A stretch of 49,885 nucleotides of DNA from Phycisphaerales bacterium (GTDB lineage: Bacteria; Planctomycetota; Phycisphaerae; WQYP01). Under the pieces are notes generated by a model. It saw only the letters and a list, made by a program, of their open reading frames with translations, did not search any database and was not told the origin of the DNA. Where the stretch lies: contig DAIDJN010000079.1 in assembly GCA_027451365.1 (NCBI GenBank), forward strand, positions 1-49,885, given 5' to 3'. Shown here piece by piece: positions 10,099 through 21,300 of this stretch; the stretch's first letter is position 1, and each line of letters opens with the position of its first letter. Position numbers and translations under genes: made by a program.

Positions 10099-13000
10099 AT
10101 GGCCAGACGAGTAAATACAAAATTTCTGATTTCCCTTGTCACTCTCCTTGTTATGGCGGTGGCGCTTTCTGGCGGTGTTTACTGGTGGATGAATGTCTAT
10201 CGGAATAACCCGACGCGGCTCATCGCATCTGCCCAACGGGCGCTGAAGGCTGGTAACGTGGACGCGGCCATTAGCTATTACCAGCGAGCGGCCATCGCGG
10301 CGGAGAAGGAACATCTGCCAACGGCGGCGCAAATGTCCATGCAGCTTGGCGATCTTTATTTTGCGAACACCGCTTCCAATCCGGAACGCTATGCCTATGC
10401 GATTTCAAACTGGGAAAACGCCGTGCAGATTAATCCGCGGCTGCTGCCGGCGCAATTGCGGCTGTTGAATGTAACTTGGAAACTCGCCAAGCTCGCGCGA
10501 CAGCGGGCGGAATGGCAAAGCCTCCAGAAAATTGCATCGACCGTTATCGAATTGGATCCCAAAAATGCCCGCGCGTGGCGTCTGCGGGCGGCGGCGGAGC
10601 TTGGTCTGCTGTCGGGACTTTCCAGCATCAGCCATTCCAACTTCAGCCAGGCGAAGCACGACCTGACGCAGGCCTGTAAACTGGCCCCGCAAAACTATAA
10701 GCCCTTTCAGGCGCTGGCGACTATTTACCTGGCCCAGGCTTCGGCGGAGCTTAAACAGAACCTGATCGGCCCCAAACGTGCCGCCAAACTCGTTGATACC
10801 GGTCTGAATCTGATGCTTGGTTTTGTTCGTACCCACCCGAAAGACGCGCTGGGCTGGATCGGTCTTGCCAATGTGTACCGCTTCCAGCCTGACGGTTTGC
10901 CCAAGGCGGAACAGGCGATGGCCACCGCGACTAAGCTCGCCCCCACGAATCGCCATGTTGTGCTGGCACGGGTCAACATGCTTCTGGCCACCAATGCCAA
11001 ACCCGCGGCCGTGATTTTAAGCCTGCAACGGCTAATTGCCGTTGAGCCAAATTCAATGCAGAATTATCTGTTGCTGGGCCAATATCAAATGAGGCTTGGC
11101 CAGGCCGCAGCCGCTGTCAAAACACTGCTGGCGGGCATGCACCATCCTTCGGCTGGTCAGGGCCTTACGCCGCTGATTAACCGGCAACGCCGTCTGGAAA
11201 TCAATCAGGAGTTGACCGATGCCTATTTACAACTGGCTGGGGCGACCGCGTCGGGTTCGGTGGAGCACAAAGCGTACGTTCTGCACGCCGCCGATTCACT
11301 GGCCTGGGTGAAGCAGCATCAACCGGTGACTCCATGGGTCATGCTTTATACCGGCCGTTTGCGGTTTCTTCAGGGACGTCCGGATGAGGCCCTTCGCTGG
11401 CTGAAAAAGGCGGCTGGGGTATTAAGTCCGGAGAACCCCGCGGATCTGCAACTCTGGTTTCGTGACCATCAATGGCAATCGCAGGTGTACGCGAGCATGA
11501 ACCAGAGCGGGGCGGCACTGGCGCAACTGGATCAGATTAACGCGGTCGTTCATGGCCAGCCTCTGGTGCTGCTGGACCGTGCCTCACTGAGTCTGGCGCA
11601 GGACCCGGCAGGCGCGCTGGCCGATGCGCAGCGGGTGCTTAAGGCGGTACCGGGCAATCTTGCCGCGATTACCATTGAAGCGAAAGCTCTGGCGGCGCTC
11701 AATCGCGTTCCGGAATTGCGCAAGCTGCTGGCCGGCGTGGATACCAGCGGGAGTCTGGAACTGGCGCTGCTTAAATCGCGGCTGGACTGGCTGGATGGGC
11801 ATTATCATCGCGTATTGACTGTCATGGCACCATGGCGCAAAGCCGCACCAGGTGACAGCCGCATTGTGCTGACGACGTATGCCGCTTTGGCGGCGCTTCA
11901 CGAACGGACAGAGGCGTCGAAATTGTTTGATGCGGCGATCAAGGCCGAGCCAAACAATGTTCAATTCCTGGTATTATCCGACCAGTTGGCCAATCCAAAA
12001 AATGTGATGCCGAAGATTAATTTCGCCGGCATCGGTTCTGATGTGCTGGGCATTGTGATGCCCGTAAGCGAATCCAAGAATGCCCAGCTTAAGGCCATCA
12101 AACGTTTACGCGACCCATTTATCCGTGACATCACGCTGTTTAATTATTATCTGGGTGCCGGACATCGGACCAAGGCCAATGCGGCACTGACGGCCGCGGC
12201 CAAATTAAAGCCAAACGACAGCCAGGTGGTGGAGGCCCAGTTTTCGCTGGCGCTGGCCGCCAAAAATTACAAACAGGCCAAGGCGGTGGAGCGTCGTGCC
12301 GTGGATGGCAATCTGGACGGGGCGAACGGGGCAACGTACAGAGCACGGCTTGCCATCGCACAAAACGATCTCGGCGCGGCGGTAAAAGTGCTGCGCTCCG
12401 CATTGCGAGACCATCCGTACAATACAACGCTAAGAACATACTATGGCGACGCATTGCTGCTTTCCGGCGACATTGATGCGGGTATCCGAGCGCTCCATAC
12501 CGCCTTGGCCAGCGCGCCAGACGATATTGCCGCCATCAAGGCTCTGGTGAAATATGATCTGGCCCGTCCATCTCAGGCATCTATTGAAAATGCCGTCGGC
12601 CTGATCAATCAGGGCTTGGCCTATCAGCCTTTGGATTCCGAATTAAATCATTGGAATAATTCTCTTGCGGACCTGTATGGACCGCCTGCGCCGGCCATCG
12701 CACGGCGGGAAAAATTGCTTAAATCAGATCCCGGCGATATTCAAAATATTATGCGGCTGGGCCTGCTTTATTCCCGCAATAACCAGCCTGATAAGGCCAT
12801 CGCCCTGCTTAAAAAGGCCTGGAAGGCGAATCCCACATCGCTGCCGCTGGCTGAAGAACTCGGTTCGCTCTATTCCAGAAATAACCATTTTTCTGCCGCG
12901 GCAAACCTTTATGGCGGTCTGGCGGAAAGCAAGAATGCGACCACCGCATTGGCGGCGCGCCTGCTGCTGGGTGACCTTTACGAAACGCAGGGAAATATTG

Positions 13001-14784
13001 CACAGGCCACCCAGCTTTACAAATCGGCACAAAAAATTGAGCCTGCCGGTACCCAGGTCGCGCAGCGCAGACTTGGTGATATGTATTTTAATATTAAGCA
13101 TTTTAACAAAGCCCTTGGCTATTACGGGCCGCTTTTCAAGGCCCGACCCAAAGATCGAACGGTGCAATTGCGTTACATTGAAACGCTCATCCGAGCCGGT
13201 CAGCCAGCCAAAGGATTGGCACTTCTGGATGCGGATGTTTTTGCCAAAAATCAAAAGGACGAAGCCGGACTGGAACTGAAGGGGCTTGCTTTCCGTCGGC
13301 AGGGACATTTGCATAAATCCATTCAAGCCTTAAATCAGGCTTTGGCGCTTAATCCAAACGATACGCGGGCTTTGGAAAGCCGCGCGGAAGACGAAATGGC
13401 TCTTCCGGGCGGTAAACTGGATCGGGCACTGGCGGATTTGGCCCTGATTAATTCCCTCGTGCCAAACGATCTGCAATCGCGCCTGCAGACCGCGGCCATT
13501 TATAATCAGCAGGGGCATTTTGCCCGCGCGGTTCAGGAATACCGTACGATATTGAATAAGGTGGCGCCCAAGAATCCGACCGTCGAACAGTTGTATGCCA
13601 ACCTGCTGTTCAATATGTCGGTGCAGTTTGTCCATCTTTCACCCAATGACATTTCGTCACATGCCGCATCCCTGCGCACGATTAATCCGGTTCAGCGACT
13701 GCATCGGTTGCTTCTGACGCTCACGGCGGCCGAGCCTCGACAGCCGGCCTGGTGGATTCTCCGTGCCCGCCTTGATCTACTCGAAGGGCGAAAGAGCCGG
13801 GCCATGACGTTGGCACGCCGTGCCTATCTTGCGGATAACCGCGGTTCGATGGGTGCGGCGGATTACGGTCAAATTCTTAATGCCGGCGGAGAATGGTCCA
13901 CCGCGTTGAAAATCAGCACCAAGGCGCTGGCTTTGGCACCTGGATTCGTACCACTTTATCTGGTGCGGGCGCAAGCGAATGTCGGATTAAAAAACTGGCC
14001 AGAGGGTACCCGAGACTATACTAAAGCGCTGGATCTGTCACTTTCCAATTCGGCGGCATTTTTGGATATAGCCTCGAATTTTATCAATGATTATCATGGG
14101 GCCGCAACGGCCGAACTGGTCCGCAAAGCCGTGGATGATTTTATCGCGAAACATCCGAGTGCGACGGCGGAAAATGGGGCGCTCGCAGCCATCCTGGCGT
14201 TCAAGCAGGCCAGATACAGCGATGCACTAACCGCTGCCAAAAGTGCTTTGGCGGCCAACCCTCCGGCGGAAATGCGAAATGAAATGTTGCGAACGGTGGC
14301 TCTGTCGGCGTATGAACTTCAGCAATATCCGATAGCGAAAAAGTATTATCGCGAAATTCTGGCGGCCACACCCGATGATGCCAGCGTGCTGAATAATCTG
14401 GCCTATCTGCTGGCCGCCAAACTAAAAGACCCGGTGGAAGCGCTTCATTACGCCGAAAAGGCCAATAAATTGCAGGCCCATGCGGAAGGCTCGGGGCTGT
14501 ACTGTAACGATCCAAATCTGCTGGATACCCTGGGATGGGCCAGATTCCTGAATAAGGATTACACTGGGGCCTATAACGCGCTTCATCATGCGTTACGGTT
14601 TAATCCGCCGGCGGCTGCATATTACCATCTAGCCCGCGTGTTGGTGGCCCAAAAGCGGGACACGGAAGCGATTCGCTTTTTGGAAAAAGCGATCGCGATG
14701 GCGGAAAAAAATCACTTGACTATTCTGGCTCGTGCCGAATTGCTACTTAAATCTATCCAATCGACCAAGGCCGTTGGAGGATGA
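10099..14784 (+). CDS. Very large membrane-anchored TPR protein (PEP-CTERM/EPS system-associated, PrsT-like)
   Basis: 1561 aa; N-terminal TM followed by many TPR units; C-terminal SVLNNLAYLLA...LDTLGWARF...YHLARVL typical of PEP-CTERM-system TPR proteins; lies in the exosortase operon. Confidence 0.85.
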   Translation: MARRVNTKFLISLVTLLVMAVALSGGVYWWMNVYRNNPTRLIASAQRALKAGNVDAAISYYQRAAIAAEKEHLPTAAQMSMQLGDLYFANTASNPERYAYAISNWENAVQINPRLLPAQLRLLNVTWKLAKLARQRAEWQSLQKIASTVIELDPKNARAWRLRAAAELGLLSGLSSISHSNFSQAKHDLTQACKLAPQNYKPFQALATIYLAQASAELKQNLIGPKRAAKLVDTGLNLMLGFVRTHPKDALGWIGLANVYRFQPDGLPKAEQAMATATKLAPTNRHVVLARVNMLLATNAKPAAVILSLQRLIAVEPNSMQNYLLLGQYQMRLGQAAAAVKTLLAGMHHPSAGQGLTPLINRQRRLEINQELTDAYLQLAGATASGSVEHKAYVLHAADSLAWVKQHQPVTPWVMLYTGRLRFLQGRPDEALRWLKKAAGVLSPENPADLQLWFRDHQWQSQVYASMNQSGAALAQLDQINAVVHGQPLVLLDRASLSLAQDPAGALADAQRVLKAVPGNLAAITIEAKALAALNRVPELRKLLAGVDTSGSLELALLKSRLDWLDGHYHRVLTVMAPWRKAAPGDSRIVLTTYAALAALHERTEASKLFDAAIKAEPNNVQFLVLSDQLANPKNVMPKINFAGIGSDVLGIVMPVSESKNAQLKAIKRLRDPFIRDITLFNYYLGAGHRTKANAALTAAAKLKPNDSQVVEAQFSLALAAKNYKQAKAVERRAVDGNLDGANGATYRARLAIAQNDLGAAVKVLRSALRDHPYNTTLRTYYGDALLLSGDIDAGIRALHTALASAPDDIAAIKALVKYDLARPSQASIENAVGLINQGLAYQPLDSELNHWNNSLADLYGPPAPAIARREKLLKSDPGDIQNIMRLGLLYSRNNQPDKAIALLKKAWKANPTSLPLAEELGSLYSRNNHFSAAANLYGGLAESKNATTALAARLLLGDLYETQGNIAQATQLYKSAQKIEPAGTQVAQRRLGDMYFNIKHFNKALGYYGPLFKARPKDRTVQLRYIETLIRAGQPAKGLALLDADVFAKNQKDEAGLELKGLAFRRQGHLHKSIQALNQALALNPNDTRALESRAEDEMALPGGKLDRALADLALINSLVPNDLQSRLQTAAIYNQQGHFARAVQEYRTILNKVAPKNPTVEQLYANLLFNMSVQFVHLSPNDISSHAASLRTINPVQRLHRLLLTLTAAEPRQPAWWILRARLDLLEGRKSRAMTLARRAYLADNRGSMGAADYGQILNAGGEWSTALKISTKALALAPGFVPLYLVRAQANVGLKNWPEGTRDYTKALDLSLSNSAAFLDIASNFINDYHGAATAELVRKAVDDFIAKHPSATAENGALAAILAFKQARYSDALTAAKSALAANPPAEMRNEMLRTVALSAYELQQYPIAKKYYREILAATPDDASVLNNLAYLLAAKLKDPVEALHYAEKANKLQAHAEGSGLYCNDPNLLDTLGWARFLNKDYTGAYNALHHALRFNPPAAAYYHLARVLVAQKRDTEAIRFLEKAIAMAEKNHLTILARAELLLKSIQSTKAVGG

Positions 14785-14799
14785 AATTTTACATGAGTG

Positions 14800-14838
14800 C
14801 TTTCACGCTTGCGTGAAAGTTTAATCGTCCCGTATAGT
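14800..14838 (+). promoter_or_regulatory. Putative sigma70 promoter for wzc with an overlapping palindromic operator
   Basis: Perfect inverted repeat CTTTCACGC-TT-GCGTGAAAG (14800-14819) overlaps TTGCGT (-35-like, 14809-14814); TATAGT (-10-like) at 14833-14838; 18-bp spacing. Confidence 0.5.
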
Positions 14839-14903
14839 AAGGGTTTGTCTGAGGGTTGTCTCTCAATAGAGATGGCTGTTTTACGAATGAATCAGGGGAA
14901 GTT

Positions 14904-17129
14904 ATGACGCAGTCCAATGCGATAGTGCCGGTTGTCCCACAATCTGGCGCCAATGAAGCGACATCCGGTCCAAAACTTGGTTTTGTACTTAAAAAGCATC
15001 GAGTCCTGATTGTCGTGGGGACCGGGCTTGGATTCCTGGTGGCATTAGGATTGTTCTTCGCGCTTCGAAAATATTTGCCATATTACCGTGCGGTGTCGGT
15101 GCTGCAGGTGCTTCCGCGTACACCCAATCCGTTGCAATCTCATACCATTAATTACGGGACCGCAAATGGCGAAATTAAGCGATTAATCAATTCCCAGATC
15201 ATTATTGTCCGAAGCCCGGTGGTACTTAACGAAGCACTTCAGACTGCGGCATTTCAACACAATTATAAATTTCCAAACGATCCGGCCCGCAAAAGCACAT
15301 GGCTGGAGGCCAATCCGGTTTCGCCTTTGCATGAGCTCAGGAAAGATCTGGTTGTGGAACCGGAGCCAGATTCCAACGACTTTACCATTTCACTGGAATG
15401 GCATGACGCCCGTGAAACCGCGGCGCTGGTCAACGCCGTCACCAACACGTATGTTCAGTACGTTCAAAATCTTGAACAGACTTCGTTAAACCGCGAAGCC
15501 CGCGCGGTCGCGGCCGCGCAGGCCCGGGTGGCTGCCAAGGTACAGGCCCAGCAGCGCGAGTTGGAACTGTATCGACGTTCGCATAATGTCCCCGGTCTTA
15601 TCGAACGCGAAGCGATTCTCGAGGCGACACTGGCGAATCTCAGTCAACTGGTGACTAAAACTCAAATTAATGCTCAGGCCGCGCAGTCAAATTATGAATC
15701 AATTAAAAAGCAGGTTCAAAACAATACGCTTCAGCTTTCGCCGCGCATGCAGGAACTGGTCAACGATGATCCGACGTTGCGAAGCCTGACGCTTAACCTG
15801 CTTGCCTTAAAGCAGGAAGTTGCGGTTTCTAAAAGTACACTTGGCGCGGACCACCGGTCTACAATTGCGCTGGAAATTCGCGAAGCCAGCGTGCAGAAGC
15901 AGATTGATCGGCTTCGACAGAAACTTAAGGTTCGCTCCCGCCTGCAGATGCAGCAGGGCGCGAAATCTGAGGCTGAGCAAGCTCTGGCAGTTGCGGTGGA
16001 AACGCGCAAGCGTCGCGATGAAAAACAACGTGAAGTCAGCGATCTTGATGATGCACTGGCCAAATTTCGCAACCAACAGGCTCTTCTGTTAACCCAGGAA
16101 AAAATGCTCGCGAGCCTGACCAAGCGGGCCGACCTTTTTAATCTGCGCAGCATGCATAACGCATCACGGGTGGAATTGCAGTATCTGGCGTCTGTTCCGG
16201 AACGATGTGCTTTTCCGCGGCTCAAGCGATTCCTTGTGCTTGGGCCGATTCTCGGTCTTCTGGCTTCATTGGCGCTGGCCTATCTGTTGGAATTGACCAA
16301 TACGCGCGTCCGCACACCGCGCGACATCAGCGGAATTATGCGGCTTCCCTTGCTAGGTTTCATCCCGGACCATGCCGACGATACCATGCTCAGTGGTAGT
16401 CCGATGACTTGTGTTCGGACCAGCCCGGCTTCCATGACGGCCGAATCGTTCCGGCAAATTCGCGGCCGGCTTGCCGTGGTGCATGGCGAAAAGCCGCTAC
16501 AGACACTGCTGGTAGCCAGTTTTTCCCCGGCGGGTGGCGCTTCAACTGTGGCCAGCAATATCGCCAATGGCATCGCCCTTAGCGAACTGCGAGTGCTGCT
16601 TGTCGATGCGAATTTCTATCGCCCGGTATTGCAGACAATTTACTCCAATATTCCATCGGTTGGCCTGGCTGATGTGCTGACCGGGCGCTGCACGCTGGAA
16701 CAGGCCGTGGTCCCCTGTGCGGACCTGCCAACACTGCACCTGATGGGTGCCGGCGCTCGGTCCAAGGCTCCCAATGAGATTACTGAACACAGGGCCTTTC
16801 CTGACCTTATTGCGCAGCTTCGCGGCCGTTATGACATGATTATTTTTGATGGCGCGCCGCTTACGTTTGTGTCAGATTCCATTAATCTGGCTTCTAAAGT
16901 CGACGGCGTGATTGCGGTCGTGCGAGCTGGCCAGATCAGTCGCGGCACCGTAGCTCGTATTCGTGATCAACTGTCCCAGGTTCGCGCCAATTTGGTGGGA
17001 ATTGTGCTGAATGCGACCCAAAGCTGGAACGCCGGCTACTTCAAGGAAAACTATCGGACGTTCTTCGAATATGCCAGCCAGCAGGGTTCCGCTGGAGCAC
17101 AGCGGAATCTGCCGCGTGGAAAATCCTGA
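14904..17129 (+). CDS. Wzc/GumC-type polysaccharide co-polymerase with a degenerate BY-kinase domain
   Basis: TM-coiled coil-TM layout, then VRTPRDI...LPLLGFIP and ESFRQIR; P-loop region ASFSPAGGAST, VLLVDANFYRP, MIIFDGAP; C-terminal GYFKENYRTFFEY. Confidence 0.88.
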   Translation: MTQSNAIVPVVPQSGANEATSGPKLGFVLKKHRVLIVVGTGLGFLVALGLFFALRKYLPYYRAVSVLQVLPRTPNPLQSHTINYGTANGEIKRLINSQIIIVRSPVVLNEALQTAAFQHNYKFPNDPARKSTWLEANPVSPLHELRKDLVVEPEPDSNDFTISLEWHDARETAALVNAVTNTYVQYVQNLEQTSLNREARAVAAAQARVAAKVQAQQRELELYRRSHNVPGLIEREAILEATLANLSQLVTKTQINAQAAQSNYESIKKQVQNNTLQLSPRMQELVNDDPTLRSLTLNLLALKQEVAVSKSTLGADHRSTIALEIREASVQKQIDRLRQKLKVRSRLQMQQGAKSEAEQALAVAVETRKRRDEKQREVSDLDDALAKFRNQQALLLTQEKMLASLTKRADLFNLRSMHNASRVELQYLASVPERCAFPRLKRFLVLGPILGLLASLALAYLLELTNTRVRTPRDISGIMRLPLLGFIPDHADDTMLSGSPMTCVRTSPASMTAESFRQIRGRLAVVHGEKPLQTLLVASFSPAGGASTVASNIANGIALSELRVLLVDANFYRPVLQTIYSNIPSVGLADVLTGRCTLEQAVVPCADLPTLHLMGAGARSKAPNEITEHRAFPDLIAQLRGRYDMIIFDGAPLTFVSDSINLASKVDGVIAVVRAGQISRGTVARIRDQLSQVRANLVGIVLNATQSWNAGYFKENYRTFFEYASQQGSAGAQRNLPRGKS

Positions 17130-17199
17130 GCGTGGCGGATTCAGCTGGACGGTCAATCAAGACCTGTTCATATCTCGCCTTGTTCGGTTGAAAGCCGTG

Positions 17200-18333
17200 T
17201 CATCGCTGATACAGCGGCAGGTAATGAAATGGAACGCACAGGGCAAGGATGGCCATGGAAGTGGCCAGCACCTTGCCGCCCTGTTGTTCAATGCCATCTT
17301 GAGAAAGCCAGCAGCCATTGCCGGTTTGCAGTTGAATCACTTGGTCGCGAATCCGCGGATAAATCTGCCGCCAGTATTTGCCGCCAAGTTGATTGGCGGC
17401 CTGGCTGCAATAATAAACCGCATAGAAATAAAACTGCTGCCCTTTTTGCAGCGGATGCACCATCAGATAATCTCCACCAGCGATTGCCTGCCGCGAATTG
17501 CGCTGCCCCAGCAGTTCCATGGCCACAATTCCTGTTCCGGTTCTTGCGCGGCCGGGAGGGCCGCCAGGCTGGTAGGAAAAGCCGCCGTTGGGACAAGCAT
17601 CACGAATTAAAAATTGAATTCCGTTGTGAATGGCCTGTTTGGGTATTGCGGCACCGGAATCCGCTGCCCCCCGAAGCGCCATTAGCTGCCAGCCCGTGCA
17701 CGAAACATCCGCGGTGGTGTCCCATGGCTGATAGCGCCAGCCTCCAGCGAACACACCGGTGGTTCTTTTCTGTGCCGCAAGAATTAGCGCCACTGCGCGC
17801 GACAGCGCTTTGCCCACGCGCTGCCGCTGGGCGTGGTTCACCATGCCGTAAACTTCCGCCAGCATCACGGTTGAAATGCCGTGGTCGTACATGGTTCCAC
17901 CCGGCGGTGCGATATATCCGTCCGGTCGCTGCTGTGACATGACCCAATTGATGGCTCGAATCATGACCTGATGATATGGACCATGTGCGGGCGTATATCC
18001 GCGGGCCAGAAACGCCATGACTGCCAGAGATGTGACCGCGGGCCGATCATTTAATTGCGGACAGGGAAAACTTCCATCAGCCCGCTGTTGATGTGAAAGC
18101 CAGAGCAGGCCACTGGTGATCGCAGCCCGCGCATTGGGCGGTACGCGCGTGGCGCTGGCACGGCTGGCCGTGCACCAGCCGGTCACGCCGGCGAGCAACA
18201 GGATAGCCGCAGCGAAGCGATAACGCGGTTTCGTTCGAGCGTTCCGTGACGGGCTAACGAGCGGTGAATGTGGCATTTTTATTCCTGCAAATTTGTGGTC
18301 TGTGCCCGGCCGGGGAGTCCGGATTAAAATCAA
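17200..18333 (-). CDS. Prenyltransferase/squalene oxidase-repeat protein (QW-repeat alpha/alpha toroid), exported
   Basis: Repeats WLSHQQRADGSF, WVMSQQRPDG, GGWRYQP...DVSCTGWQLMALRGA, GGFSYQPG, LQTGNGCW; C-terminal LPLYQR typical of the planctomycete family. Confidence 0.85.
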   Translation of the reverse strand: MILIRTPRPGTDHKFAGIKMPHSPLVSPSRNARTKPRYRFAAAILLLAGVTGWCTASRASATRVPPNARAAITSGLLWLSHQQRADGSFPCPQLNDRPAVTSLAVMAFLARGYTPAHGPYHQVMIRAINWVMSQQRPDGYIAPPGGTMYDHGISTVMLAEVYGMVNHAQRQRVGKALSRAVALILAAQKRTTGVFAGGWRYQPWDTTADVSCTGWQLMALRGAADSGAAIPKQAIHNGIQFLIRDACPNGGFSYQPGGPPGRARTGTGIVAMELLGQRNSRQAIAGGDYLMVHPLQKGQQFYFYAVYYCSQAANQLGGKYWRQIYPRIRDQVIQLQTGNGCWLSQDGIEQQGGKVLATSMAILALCVPFHYLPLYQR

Positions 18334-21300
18334 TCTGTGCCATGCATTTTAGCCAGCCGCAAATAGTAATCCCGCACCATTCGGCGATAACCCGGGGGAA
18401 TGTTCTGGCGGGCAGTATCGAGTAATTGCTTCTGCCGTAATGGGCCTAAGTTGCGCCATTCTGCCGGGCTGACGCCAAGTTGCGTGACGACTTTGGGCGG
18501 CGTTCCATTTTCTTGTGCAGTTCCGCTGGAACCGCCCGATTGCGTGGCAAATCCATCCCCTGGCACACCGGGTTGCAAACCGGCACCGGCCAAGGCCTGG
18601 CCCGGCTGGCCCGGTTGCCCCGGTTGCCCCGGTTGCCCTTGTTGCCCTTGTTGCCCTTGTTGCCCTTGCTGACCTTGACCATTCGCCTGGGCGCTTCCCT
18701 GATGTTCGCCGGAATTGTTACCTTGACCGGGTTGCGGTTGGCCCAGATTCTGAGAAGCGGCGCTTAGTGAATGCGCAGCCTGTTGAGCCGCCGCGGCATT
18801 GCCGGCCTGAGCCGCAGCCTGTGAAGCAAGGGCGTTATGCATCTGCTGGGCTGCCGCCATGAGTCGGTCATACAAACTGTTTGCATGTGGCGGCAGGGGG
18901 GGCGGTTTTGCCTGGCTTCCATTGGCTGGTTTCGGGGGAGTTGCCTGATTGGGTTGGTTGGGATTTACCTGTCCGGCGATTGCATCGTTGTATTGCGGAA
19001 TATTTCGTACTTCTGGCGAGTCAAGCAGCCCGTTAAGATCCCCCTGCGCCAGTTGCATGTGCAGCAAGGCCGACTGCTGATGTTCCTGGGCCATAGCGGA
19101 ATTGCCCGCTTTGCCCGCCTGATTCGCTTGCGTTTGGGCCTGGCGGGCGGCCTGTATCTGCTGGCGTGCCTGGGCAATGGAGCGCGCCAGGTCTGGCGCG
19201 CCATCCGCAGTCTGATGTTCAACGGCTTTGGCCAGTGCATCGGCCTTTTGCATCTGGCTGGCCATCTGCGCGCCTTGCTGGCCAATAGACTGCGTGTTTT
19301 GATTGGCCGCCCGCTGAAGCTGCTGCAATTGCTTGGCCGTTTCAGCGGCCAATTTGTTTTGTGCGTCGGCGAGTTGCCGGGCTTTGGTGGCGCTTTGGGT
19401 CATTGCTGGCGACGGCTTGGAAACAGCTTTAGCCGCAAGGTTTGCCCGGGCCGCCGCCCGCACCAATGCTCCTGCCTGGGACAGGGCGTTGCGCGTCTGC
19501 CGCGCATTGTGTTCATTGGCGGCACTTTGCGCTGCGTCCGCCTGATTCAGCGCTTTATGCAGGGCCGCGGCGGTATTTGGTGTGGGATTTTGATTAAGGA
19601 GCTGCTGCGCCAGAAAATGCAATTGCCGGGCACTGGCAATTGCATTTTTTATGGTATCCGGCGAAGGCTGGCCGTGGAGAGCGCTTTGCAGCTTACCGGC
19701 ATCGTGTTCAGCGGCCTTGGAGGCCTGGTTCAAATTTGCCGCCTGCTGCTGCTGTGCCTGTTGGGCAGCTGTCGGGGGCTGATTGCTTTTTGCGAGTTGC
19801 GCCGCGGTCTGATTCAAGTCCGATGCAATCCGTCGCTGATTTTGCCCGGCGGTGTCAAGTTCGTGCTGCTGTAAATTATTTTGCGCTGCGTTCAGGATCG
19901 ACTTTGGTGGAGCCATGGATGCGGCACCGCTCTTTTGCAGCCGATCATTCATCTGCGTTTCAAAGCGGCTGATCCGTTTATTCAAGGCCTTTTGCTTCTG
20001 GGCAAGCGATTTAAGGCGGCTCCGGACCTGCCGCTGGGCCAGCTGCGCGGCCAGCGCTTTGTTCATGGCGGTTTGACCGGAAATAATCTGGCCAACATCC
20101 TGCTTTAGCTTGTTCAGCATCGGTTGAACCGATGCGGCCGCAGGCGTCTGAAGTACCTTGTTATTCTTAATTAAATTTTTAAGTTGCTGCTGTAATTTAG
20201 CCTGACTCCGGCGGGCCGAGGCCGACTCGGGATTCATCGCCAATTGTTGCGACACATGCTGCTGCGCCTGGGCCAGACTCTGAACGGAATCCACCAGGTG
20301 CTGCTGCGTGGCCCGCTTGTTAAGGTTCCATAATAGATGCTGCAATTTCTGGCGGGCGGTGGCAATTTGCCGCTGAGCCGCGGTCAGATTCGCCTGACGG
20401 GTTTTGACCTGGGTCGGTGAATTCATCATGGCGGCCGCGACATCATTGGCGGCCGGTTCAACGGAATGTCGCGTGATCTGCTGAGCCGCGGCGGCGGTTT
20501 GGGCGTAAGGACCGCTTTTCAGGTGCGATGATTCGTTTCGCAGATTCGCCGCCGCTCTGGCCAGATCGTCCTGCAATTTGGCGGCATGGGCGGCTTGCGC
20601 GGGCGTGAACTTTTTTCCTGGAGCGACCCATCGCAGGTTGTTCATCTGCTGGCTGGCGTGGCCCAGGTGAGTGATTGCCTTGACCAGCGCTTTGTGCAGA
20701 TGATGATACGCCTTCTCGTTCATTCGTGACTGATAGTCAAGCGGAAGGTTCGCGTCCAGAATCAGTTCGTACAACCCGGTGCGGGTTGTTTGACCGGCTG
20801 GTTGGCAATTGTCGGTAGCGGAAAGGCGATAGAAAATTTTGGTTGCCCGCGGCTGGTTTGCGGCCAGCAATTGATCTGCCACGGATAATTTCCAGTTGCG
20901 ACTGATATGTGTCAGGTCTTTGGCTTCCAACGGGATGTGATAGCGCAATGACGCGGATTTATCAACAGAAACAATTGCTTCCAGCCGCGTCAGGCCAAAA
21001 TCGTCCGACGCGGTAAATGAGATGGGAATGGTATCATCCGGCCGTACGCGGATAATTTTTGCCGGGCTTGTAATATGAATGACGGGTGGCTGGTCCGCGA
21101 TGGCTTCAATCGGCCACGGGCGGTTATCGCTGTTCCGAATATTTTTCGTATTCGTCAGGTTGATGCGATAGACGCCGCTAAGCAACACATGAAACGTGGC
21201 CTGATAGGTCAGACCTGCGAGGTGTGTCAGCGGTAAAATTCTGGCGTCTACGCCTTTGCCCATTTCCAGATTGCTGGATTTTTTTAGTGGCTGACTGCTG

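Noticed and set aside
18597..18680. Short tandem repeats as a CRISPR array or collagen-like domain
   Set aside because: These are 9-bp in-frame units with no spacers inside a low-complexity protein tail, too short for a collagen domain.
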